Shown piece after piece: positions 53,480 through 64,000 of a stretch of 64,000 nucleotides of DNA. Positions within the stretch are counted from its first letter, which is position 1, and every line of letters begins with the position of its first letter. Position numbers and translations under genes: made by a program. The stretch comes from Eledone cirrhosa (Eukaryota), in assembly GCA_964016885.1 (NCBI GenBank), contig OZ024741.1, forward strand, positions 222,518,001 through 222,582,000. The letters are read 5' to 3'. The notes beneath the pieces are model-generated. The model made no database searches. It was given only the letters and a program-made list of their open reading frames with translations, and had not been told where the DNA came from.

Positions 53480-56400
53480 ATAAATGTCTTAACATAAGAA
53501 AACAAAACTTCTGGAAAGCATTCAAATGCGAAATATATGTCGGAACACATTCGAAATGACTCTCTCTAACGGCACCCATACTCCCTCGTAAATACCTAAT
53601 TACAGAAATTGCAGGAGAACCAGATGAAGAAACAAAACTCCGATGGGAACTTACATTGACATAATTCAGGACCGGCATCTCCATTACTCAATGTAAGCAA
53701 TCCCGCTACAAAGCCAAATAGAAGCTATCGATGACCAAATTGAAGTCGAAATTTCAAAGCTAACGACTGGTAATATAGCTGAAAAACTACGAGAACTATG
53801 GATCAGAGATATCTCAAAAGAAGAAAGCAAATCAAGAAAGTTATGGCAGCAGAAACAATTATTTCTCGACGAATATGCTGCAAATTACGGTAAAGACTCT
53901 GGAATTCTGAGAAAAAGCATTAAAAGTGAACAATCTCGCCAACACAACATACGCCAGAACACGTGGCAACACAAACACTCACCTTACCTTGAATCAAAGA
54001 AGAACTACGGTAATAACTCTTCGCTTTTTCTACAAAAACACCCTAACGCACACAACATGAACAAAAAGCACAAACACGATAGATATTCCTTTGACCAGAT
54101 CAGGAGAAGTAGAAAAACCAGGAGATCTTTCTCAAGATCTCAACAGGAACGGAAGAAAAACGTAGAATAACCAGATCACTCTCAAGATCTCAACAGAGAT
54201 GACCCACAATAAAATGGGCGAAAAAAACGATTTAAACCTGAAAGCAAACCTAGGTCATTTTCCCAGATTGTTAAAAATAATGCTAACAAGAAATGGAAAA
54301 ATAATATACATAATACCAAAAATAGGACAAAAAACATAACGAAACCAAATATAATATCACGACCAAAAGTTCATCAAGCAAACACCAACAGGAATATAAA
54401 TCCGGAACATAGAAAAATCCATTTTTTAACGTCAGGACAACAAAAACCGGAAAAAGAAAGACTCCAGGAGGAAACATACCCAAACAACTGAACACGTAGA
54501 TCCTAAAATAATTAATTTATCCAAAAGAGATCTCGACAATGATGAAATGCAAATTCTGTCAAAAGGACTGAAATTCACACCGACTCCAACAGTCAACCAC
54601 CAAGAACCGAAGGAGGATACCCAAGAATTGTGTCGAAAATTACGATTTGTAGAATTCTTCGCTGATAAAAGTAATGAGAGTGATGAATCACTAGTAAAGA
54701 ATAAATCAAATTTCACTCCGCCAAAAGGAAGAAATATCTATCTCGACCAATACATTGACATCCTGTCTAAATTTCCTCTTAGACGTAATACAAATGTTAG
54801 GCCAAACATTAACAAATCAGAAATGTCTGCACTTAAACGTATAAAAAATGATAAAACAATAATAATTAAACAAGCAGATAAAGGGGGTGCAATTGTTATA
54901 ATGGATGCTGAATACTACAAAGACTTGGTTGAGGAACAACTGAAAGACACAACATTCTATCATGAAATACCGTCAAATATAGACCACAACATCATGAAGA
55001 AGATCAACAACCTGGCTTCAAAATAGTACAACTCACTTACTGATAAGGAAAGAGACTAATCACCAATTTTGAGCCAAAACCCAGCAACCTCTATGGCCTA
55101 CCGAAAGTTCATAAGTCAAAAGAAATCCAACTGGCAGTAAAAGAACAAAAAAGTGAGTACATTAAATTACTACACCCCAAAAACTTAAAACTTAGACCTG
55201 TTATAGCTGGTCCAACATGCCCTACCAACCGTCTAAGCAATTTTGTTGACATTATTTTGAAACCACTATGTATTCCCATATCAAGTTTCATCCGGGATGA
55301 TATCGACTTCCTGTCCCATCTTCCCAAAACCACGGAAACGAATTCACTTCTACTTAGTTTTGATGTGGTAAGCCTTTACACCAACATTACACATGATTTA
55401 GGAATAAAAGCGGTTAAACTGGGTGGAAAAACAGAGAAGCGATTCCCACCAGATTCACAGCGCCATTTATATTAGACGCACTCAAACTTATTCTGGAAAA
55501 CAACACTTTCTTCTTCAATGGAAAGAATTACATCCAAATTAGAGGCACAGCGATGGGAACGAAGTTTTCTCCCGTTTACGCGAACTCTGTAATGGGATAC
55601 TTAGAACAACAACTCTACCAAGAAATAGGGGAAAAATATAGTACTGACTGTAGAAAGTACATTGAAAAATCTTGGAAGAGATACCTTGACGACTGTTTCA
55701 TCATCTGGACAGAATCTCTAGATACTCTGGATGAATTCAATATCCTCCTGAATAACCTACACCCATATCTTCAATTCACAAAAGAGATGAGTAGTACCAA
55801 ATTACCATTCCTAGATATAATGTTAATCAAAAACGACACCACCATTACCACGGATATATATTATAAACACACAGACACCCATCATTATCTGAATTTTAAA
55901 TCGTGCCATCCACCTCATACAAAACGCAACATCCCATACTGCCTAGCCAGAAGAATTTGTACCATTGTAGAAGATACGAATACCAGGTACAAACGCCTAA
56001 CAGAACTGAGAGGATTTTTGCTCAAACAAAAATACCCATCTCTACTTATAGAAAATGGCATACAACGGGCTATAAAAATACCATACAACAACTTAGGACA
56101 ACCCAAGGAAGAAGAAATCAAGAACTGGCCATACCATTTATAATGACACACAACCCATGTCACCAGAATATCTTCAACACTGCCAAAGCAAACCTACCAA
56201 TCATTGCTCAAAGTAATGAATTAAAAGGTTTAATCACAGACCGATATTTGACTCTTAGTAAAAGACAGCCGAAAAGTTTGAAGCAATTACTAACAAAAGC
56301 AAAGTTTGACCTTAACAACAAAGACCAATCATTCACTGTATCTAAATGCAATGATAGTCGATGCGGCACATGTCAATCCATACACGCCGGTCAATATATG

Positions 56401-56535
56401 AAAACAAAAACTGGAAAAATATTCCCAAATGCAAATATGAACTGCAAAAGCAGAAATCTAATTTACTGCATTAAATGCCCGAATTGTGAAGAACTATATG
56501 TCGGTCAAACTGGAAATGCACTATCGGAACGTGCA
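53480..56535 (+). pseudogene. Near-full-length decayed PLE ORF (Neptune-like RT and GIY-YIG), 3'-truncated
   Basis: IINLS..LSKGLKFTPTP, IKQADKGGAIV, LYGLPKVHK, GTAMGTKFSPVYAN, RYLDDCF, SCHP, CNDSRCGTC, LIYCIKC..YVGQT. Several stops and frameshifts. Confidence 0.92.
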
Positions 56536-56674
56536 CGAGCCCGAAGACTCATCAGGCCGGTACTCATCCCGGTCTCCGTGATGCGAAGCAACTGAGAGTA
56601 CAGACTACCCTCTGGACAGGATGCCAGTCTATCGCAATATATATATATATATATTGCGATAGACTGGCATCCAT

Positions 56675-57113
56675 TATCAAGGGGAGATAAGCCGACAAGG
56701 TCTTGTTTCGCATTTATTGATGCTTATCAAGGCTAACTACTCCCTCCTGTCTACTGAGTTCACTGATGTTATATTCTTATAGAATTCTAGTAATTAACCA
56801 GGAACTGATTATACAGAATTGGAGCTCTGAAATAGCAATATATATATGAATGTATATATAATGTATTTTGCAGTGATCTCAGTGATCTTAGTAGACAGGA
56901 TGGAGTAGTTAGCCTTGATAAGCATCAATAAATGCGAAACAAGGCCTTGTCGGCTTATCTCCCCTTGTTTGCTGAGATTAAAGTAAGTGAGTTTGTCACT
57001 ACTCTAAAACAATAGCATACGGTCTTCAAAATGCTTTTAATTAAGCATAAAGTGTATTGCAAAATACATTATATATACATTCATATATATATATTGCTAT
57101 TTCAGAGCTCCAA

Positions 57114-57117
<4 letters not shown>
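56675..57117. mobile_element. Divergent insertion of a 310-family relative (minus arm 56678-56872, plus arm about 56881-57117)
   Basis: Shares GGTCTTCAAAATG, GCTATTTCAGAGC, TTCTATAAG and GTTCCTG boxes with the 310-bp unit. Each arm has an HHR. Confidence 0.85.
56887..56976 (+). ncRNA. Type I HHR with U3-A8 core (inverse copy at 56678-56758)
   Basis: AGCC-TTGATAA-GCAT-caataa-ATGC-GAAA-CAAGGCCTTG-TC-GGCT, with outer stem I CTTAGTAGACAGG/CTTGTTTGCTGAG. Confidence 0.85.
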
Positions 57118-57162
<45 letters not shown>

Positions 57163-58477
57163 ATATGTACACATAAATAAGACCGTTATTGCTCTAATCA
57201 CTGTGCGAACACCCTAAACCGAACGCCAGCCTGTACCCATGACTGATGCCAAACCAAACCGCACTCACTCTCCAAATTCGACAAATTAAACGCGGACCAC
57301 CCAACCTCCCAAACTTGGCTTATGCAGTAGCCACCTAATAAGGAAGACATACGTTATCAAGCTGCAGCTGTCATATTACGTAGTTTCTATAAAATAAAGC
57401 TAATATTATCTGCAGCGAGTACGACTCCATTACGTAATAAACCGTGCTCCACCTCCTCCCGTTGTCAAAATATCCACTTAGATCACGTGATGCCGTGCAT
57501 CGGAAGGTCTAGTTCTCACAACACAACATTATAACCAAAACAAAATAATAATAATCTAGAAAATAGCTAAGCCATAAACAAGCGAAATGAATACACGATA
57601 AAAACCACAAGAAGTCTAGTTTAAAACCATAAATACCCAAGCCATTAAAGAGATATGCGAAATGAATACAAGATGAAAAATACAAATACGGTATCAGAAA
57701 ATACGATACAATAACAAAAGGCGACGCAAAAGGTATAAACCTCAATGTCATTAGGGTCGGACGCTATGCTTTGCAGCATAGAGTTACGGCCCTTTATGAT
57801 CTGAGTTCAAATCCCGCCGAGGTTAATTTTGCCTTTCATCCTTACGAGGTCGATAAAATAAAGTACCAGTAATACACTGGGGTAATTGCTGGCTTTGTGC
57901 CAAAAGTAGAAACAATTATTTACATACCAATATATATAATATATACACACGAATATTAAGCATAATTAAGAGTAAATCATATATACACAAACCTACATGT
58001 ACAAATAGGATCAACCAGGCAATCAGAGATTTGCATAATTGATTAACGAAATCCTATCTTGACCGCCCCTAAGAATGTGACCATCCTTCAAAGCCAAAGC
58101 AGAGAAAGTAAAAGACAAAGACAGAAAGAATCACTAGCTATAGCACTTTGGTCAAGTATCGATCAATAAATGTATTACCTCTAAACAAAACTAAATTTCC
58201 CCAAGTGCAAATAGGTTAAATTTCTACAGCTCCAATGCAAAATTACACAACCTTTCTTTTTTAAAAATTACTACTTCAAGGCAAATATACTAAATTTTCT
58301 TAGATCTCAAAGCAAATAAATAAAATTAAGATTAAATTAAATTAAATTCTAAGCCATACGCTTTCTAAAACAAACTGAAACTAACCCCACCAAAATTTTC
58401 TTAGATTCATAGCCTTGCGTCGGACTATAGTTTGTGAGTGTGAAAGATTGTAGATTGAAATAGTTTTGCAGCCTGAT

Positions 58478-59105
58478 ATATATATAAATATATAAATGTA
58501 TATATAGTGTATTTTGCAATACACTGTATGCTTAATTAAAAGCATTTTGAAGACCTTACGCTATTGTTTTAAAGTAGTGGCAATGTCACTTACTTCTATT
58601 TTCAGCAAACAAGGGGAGATAAGCTGACAGAGCTCTGTTTCGTACTTGTTGGTATTTATCAAAGCTCAGCACTCCCCTGTCTGCTGAAAATTATGAATGT
58701 TGGATTCTTATAGAATACACTATATATACATTTATATATATATATATATCGTTATTTCAGAGCACCAATTTCAGAGCACCAATTCTTATTTTCAATTTTT
58801 GCTGGACCGGCAACCGCTCTGTATAATCAGTTCCTGATTATTACTGGAATTCTATAAGAATCCAAGATTCATAATTTTCAGCAGACAGAAGGAGCGCTGA
58901 GCTTTGATAAGTACCAACAAGTACGAAACAGAGCTCTGTCAGCTTATCTCCCCTTGTTTGCTGAAAATAGAAGTAAGTGACATTGTCACTACTTTAAAAC
59001 AATAGCGTAAGGTTTTCAAAATGCTTTTAATTAAGCATACAGTGTATTGCAAAATACACTATATATACATTTATATATATATCGCTATTTCAGAGCACCA
59101 ATTCT

Positions 59106-59108
<3 letters not shown>
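58478..59108. mobile_element. Divergent insertion of another 310-family relative (minus arm 58478-58716, plus arm 58715-59108, about 1.2 units)
   Basis: ATACACTATATATACATTT at 58715 and 59054. GGACCGGCAACCGCTCT and other boxes are shared with the 310-bp unit. Confidence 0.85.
58874..58968 (+). ncRNA. Type I HHR with U3-A8 core (inverse copy at 58598-58691)
   Basis: TGAGCT-TTGATAA-GTAC-caacaa-GTAC-GAAA-CAGAGCTCTG-TC-AGCTTA, with outer stem ATTTTCAGCAGACAG/TTGTTTGCTGAAAAT. Confidence 0.88.
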
Positions 59109-59164
<56 letters not shown>

Positions 59165-59271
59165 AAGAGTGTGTGGCAAGATATCAGGTGGACCATAACG
59201 CACCAGAGTACTCAATACTTAGGGTAGTAGAGTGGGTAATAGGATGATAGTCAGGACCCCGACTCTTTTCC

Positions 59272-59306
<35 letters not shown>

Positions 59307-59328
59307 ACACACGCATATATATATATAA

Positions 59329-60246
59329 TGTGGGGCTAGGGAGTCGGAAGTGAGGGGCCGATGACGTCACCCCTAAAATAAAGGAAGATAAGAACCGGTA
59401 GCTATGTAATTAAAGCCTTTAACGGTGAGGGAGACGTTATTTCCCGGATTAGGAAGATATAATTGGTCACTTTCAAACAAGGGATCGAAAATGTGGCAAG
59501 CCTCATGCCGTTCTATCTTGAGGGCAACGCACTGGCGTTGTACCTCAACAAGGACCAGGCAGATTAACTGAACGCGGAGAAGATCGAGCAGCGCCTCAAG
59601 GAGGCATTCACTGAGTGATCGTATGTTGCTTTCGCTAAACTAGGAACATTTAGATGGACAGGAGAGCAGATGGACGTGTTCGCGGCAGAAATCCGGAGGT
59701 TGGCTACACTAGCTTAATTCACAGGAGAAAACCTAGAAAAGACCGTGCTGCTGGCGTTCATGAATGATTTCCCCTACGAAATTTCGGTGAAACCCCAACA
59801 GCTGACGGGCAAGAAAATGACCATGAGAAAGCTGATCACACATGCCCGCGTGGTGACACGAGGCGTTGAGCTGAATATTGTGGCGTTAGCAGCGACGAAA
59901 GACCATAGCAGTCGACAGCGATCGACGAACGACGAAGGGAGAAGATCCCCAAAGATCGCGGACTTTGACATGTAGTGAGATGATGAAGTGATTGATCCTT
60001 GGGATCAATCATTCCATCATCTCAAATGAAGAGCCAGTGATGTCACATCGGAAGTGCGGGCCGGGTTTATCTCTTGTTCCATGTGCTTTGGCAGAGTGGA
60101 CGTTTTGTGATAACTGATGCGAATGAGTGTATAGGTGTTACTATGTTCTCTGGCCAGACGCGAAACAGGTGAGCATCACGCAGGGAGATTCAGTCGTCCG
60201 GACACGAGTAGAGATGCAAAGGTAGGTTCTTTCGTTTCTTACGACA
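59329..60246 (+). mobile_element. Gypsy-like LTR retrotransposon remnant (gag fragment and probable LTR 59971-60246)
   Basis: FYLEGNALALY..IEQRLKEAF..GEQMDVFAAEIRRLA..AFMN, with a TG...CA-bounded downstream segment. Confidence 0.6.
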
Positions 60247-60719
60247 TATAAATGGTTACTTATATAGGCACAAGACAAGCAATTTTGGGGGAGGGGGTTC
60301 GATTAAATCACCCCAGTACTTTATTTTATCGACCCCGTAAAGATGAAAGGCTAAGTTAACCTCGGCGTGATTTGAATTCAGATCATAAATGGCCGTAACT
60401 CTATGCTGCAAAGCATGGCGCCCGACCCTCTACCGATAATGCCAATCCACCGCCCTGTTACGACATATAAATACATATATGTAAGGGAAAACATATAAGC
60501 CCTGATTAACTAGGAAAGAATATCTTTTTAAAACTTGTCCGTTCTTTCCAAGCCTTTAACAGTCAATGCTAATTATTAAAACTAACAATCTAGAAAAACC
60601 TAAAGCTGGAACATACACAAAATATAAATAAATAAATCACAATGATTACACTGAACGTTTTTACTATTAGTTCGTTTAATAACATTAAATATACATTGAA
60701 AAACAATTTTTTTAAGCTA

Positions 60720-60805
60720 ACAACAACAACAAACGATTACAACACCAACACCAACAAAACAACTACTACAACAAAATCGATAACAACAATAACAACATCA
60801 ACACA

Positions 60806-60841
<36 letters not shown>

Positions 60842-61030
60842 ACCAGTAACATCAAACAAAAACAAAATCGATAACAACAGCGACAATAACAACTACACAA
60901 ACAGCAACAGAAAACAACAACAATCACAACATCAACAATAACAAGAACACCACAAACAGAAACAACAACATTAATAATGGCAACAACAACTACTACAAGA
61001 CCATCAACAACAACAACAACGACTACACAT
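60720..61030. repeat. Degenerate (AAC)n/(TAC)n microsatellite
   Basis: Directly visible. Confidence 0.85.
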
Positions 61031-61608
61031 TCCTTGTGAAAATATAAAGAGAAATACACTTAGTGAAGAACCTCACTCACACCTTCTATATCTGTTAATT
61101 ATTTGTTTATTAACCTAACTAACAGAAAAACCACCCTCGGATGGTTTTTCTGCTAGTATGTGTAGTGTGTATATTGATATGATATATCAAATAAAATCGT
61201 AATTGACAATATATAATACGTAGAAATTGAACGAAGACTGTGTTACACTCTCTTATGTAATCAGTAACGTAATCCATGATACATTAAAAAAAGGCGATAT
61301 TATATATAAACTGCATTAGGAGAAAATTAGTGACGGAAAATCAGTATGTTTAATTAAGCGATCGCCACCGGAAGTGTTGACATTTGGAAATTTTAAAGAA
61401 GTGAATCTTTAAATAAATAATAAAATATATTTAATGAACAGCCACGAAATTTAGTAGATAAATTATGTAATATTCATTCATTATTTATTCGAAGTAATCC
61501 AACTTATTTTACTAATGGGATTAAAAATTATAAACCGTACTCAGTCCCGCACTTCTCCCTTTATTATAGTTTAGATATGTAATTATACGAGTGTATAAGT
61601 GTATGCAT

Positions 61609-61690
<82 letters not shown>

Positions 61691-61749
61691 GCATGTTTTG
61701 AGTTACATGTGTACACATGCATATGCTTCTGTGTCTATACATGTGTATA

Positions 61750-63565
61750 TGCAGTTATTACATGGAAAGTTTTTATTGTTTTACTTATTTTTACAGTTCC
61801 ATTAATAGACTGTACTTGCAATTTCCTAAATAGTGGTGCTCTTTCTAGTTCTGTGAAGCCCAGCTTCTCAACATTTTTACTGAGGCAGTTAGTAACGAAT
61901 CCAAGAGTTCCAATGGTCACACGTATAATTCTAAAGGTATAGTTATGCTGGAGAACTGCAGATTCTTTATTAATTCAGCATAAATGGTCTCCTTTTCACT
62001 GACCTTTAATATTATTTTGACATCTGATGAGCAGCTGACTTCCACTACTGTGCATACCTTCTTTTCCCTGTCCCATATCACTATATCTGGTTTGTTGTGT
62101 TTGCATTTATTGGGTTATGACTGGAATATTCCACCAGTGCTCTTTCATATTATGTATGTATATGTCTTCTACATTGCTGTAACTTTTTATGTGTTTATTG
62201 TCGGGACTATCTTTTCTATGTATTGCATTGTATTGTGTTTTGACTAATACATCAGGCCTCATAGGTAGATGGTTCCGTAGTGACACCTATGGACAACTGT
62301 TCATGATATGGGTGACACATTCGATGTTAATTCCGCAGTCTTCATCTGTTGCCACATCTAGGTGTTTTGCCTACATCCCTATCCCTTTTGTGAATCAGAC
62401 ATTATTATAGTTATTTCCTGTTCTTAGATTGCAGAAGCATATCCTTCAAAGGGAGAGTCAAGATAGACTGCTTTGCTTATCTATATTACTCTCGCTCTGG
62501 AGTCTGGAGCCTCCTGGCAACATATACATGCTTGATTTTTTGCTGATATGCATGCTGTTTTTTATCCATGGGTTCATTACTGTATTCTCTGGGTGCGAAT
62601 TTTTGGTTATCACGCAGGGAATATTTCTCAAGGAGTTCCTTCTTAACTCTCATGATCTTATCTGTCTCGTGTAGAAAGACTTATTCAATAGATGGGCTCC
62701 TACGCTTTGTGATTCGTAGATATTATCGGAGGTATATGATGCGACACTCAAATGCTGTCTGGACTGATGTTAGGCTTCAGCCTCCCTGTTTATGTTTCGG
62801 GTAGAGGAGGTCTATGTCACTGTTGATGTGGAAATTTCCGGAGTTGGTTAGGATTTTTCGGTTTTTAACATTGATGTCAGAACATGCACAGCAAACACAT
62901 TGTGGGCCACTGATTTATTGTGCGCTCAGAGTTCAGAAGACCATATTTTTTTTATTCGGTTGTTATATTCCTCAGTGAAACAGGTCATTGATACAGACGT
63001 TGCTAGATTGGGTTGTAGTTTTTCCATGCTTTACAGTCATATATGAACATTTATCCTGGTTAAACTCCATTCCTATATCTTTCGAGAACGTTGTGACTTT
63101 GTTCTTGGCATAGAGTTTCAGGTCATCCACAAAGAAGTTATGGGTTAGGTTTGTATTCCAGGCTTCCTGTGAACCAATTATGTATCATATTTCTTGAGCA
63201 GACCTTTCTTTTGATGGGGTTTGATGACAGAATAAATAGTAACACAGAGAGACTGTTTCCTTGAAATATATCATTGCGATATTTTGTTTTATCAGTGAAA
63301 ATAGAGTCTTCCTTCTCTGTATTTAACTTTAAGAAGGTAGGTTCTCTATGGCCCTGATAATGGTGGCTTGTATTTTAGCAAGTCGAAAAGCCTCTATCAT
63401 CTAAGAGTGGGGACCAGAATCGAATGCTTTCCTATAGTCCGGCCAGACTATAACCATGTTCCTCCTATGTCACCGCGCCACTGACATCGCGGTTTTCTTG
63501 ATTAGAAATTGTTCACCAGAAACACTAAATTCCTTTCCTCCCAGCTGCTTGCTCATCCGTGATGA
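61750..63565 (-). mobile_element. Decayed R4-like RLE non-LTR retrotransposon (RT, CCHC remnant, PD-(D/E)xK)
   Basis: Minus strand: DYRKAFDS, IFQGNSLS, THNFFVDDLKLY, DIGMEFNQDKC, THIMNSCP, KPDIVIWD..VEVS. Confidence 0.8.
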
Positions 63566-63574
63566 TAGGGTCTG

Positions 63575-64000
63575 ACACCATGCTTTGCAGCAAAGAGTTA
63601 CGGCCCTTTATGGTCTGAGTTCAAATCCCGCCGAGGTTAACTTTGCCTTTCATCCTTACAGGGTCGATAAAATAAAGTACCAGTAATACACTGGGATAAT
63701 TGTTGGCCTTGTGCCAAAAGTAGAAACAATTACTATTGTGACAGAGATCTTAGAGAAATAAGTTCAGGCAGGCTGTATACATACATTAGGTCTGGCATGT
63801 GGTATTTTACCTGTTAACATCTCTATTATCACCAATATAATTGTTTCTACTTTTGGCACAAGGCCAACAATTATCCCAGTGTATTACTGGTACTTTATTT
63901 TATCGACCCTGTAAGGTAAAGTTAACCTCGGCGGGATTTGAACTCAGATAATAAAGGGCCGTAACTCTTTGCTGCAAAGCATGGCGTCCGGCCCTCTACC
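63575..64000. mobile_element. Two Meta-like tRNA SINEs in tail-to-tail orientation
   Basis: 63575-63732 (plus) and 63838-64000 (minus) are near reverse complements. Confidence 0.75.

Noticed and set aside
56540-56560. CTGATGA on the minus strand as an HHR
   Set aside because: There is no correctly placed GAAA, stem III or UH site. It lies in a SINE-like fragment.

Overview
AT-rich eukaryotic DNA made almost entirely of repeats. The SINE set resembles octopus/cephalopod SINEs (inference). No host protein-coding gene can be supported, and most ORFs in the track are translations of (TA)n/(CA)n/(GA)n/(TATG)n microsatellites. Recognisable transposons: several Penelope-like element (PLE) remnants (RT and/or GIY-YIG), one IR/DR Tc1, CRE, RTE and R4-type LINE fragments, a Gypsy-like remnant, a non-autonomous Helitron, and many SINEs. 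The main signal is a non-coding system of type I hammerhead ribozyme (HHR) repeats that look like non-LTR retrozymes. A 310-bp array (about 18 units, 17 complete HHRs) and a 590-bp array (about 5 units plus an inverted arm, 6 HHRs with a U3-A8 core) are near-identical within each array. There are also dispersed 1-1.3-mers of about 320-, 400- and 430-nt units and several singleton HHRs, more than 30 HHR motifs in total. Nearly all have palindromic stem III, sit in (TA)n and show divergent PLE-type inversions. Relatives of the 310-bp unit show compensatory base changes in stems I-III and a C3-G8 to U3-A8 core swap. Their + arms end about 165-168 nt after the cleavage site. This fits self-cleaving (possibly circular) RNAs that are copied into multimers by PLE machinery. 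All RNA structures were read by eye; activity is untested.
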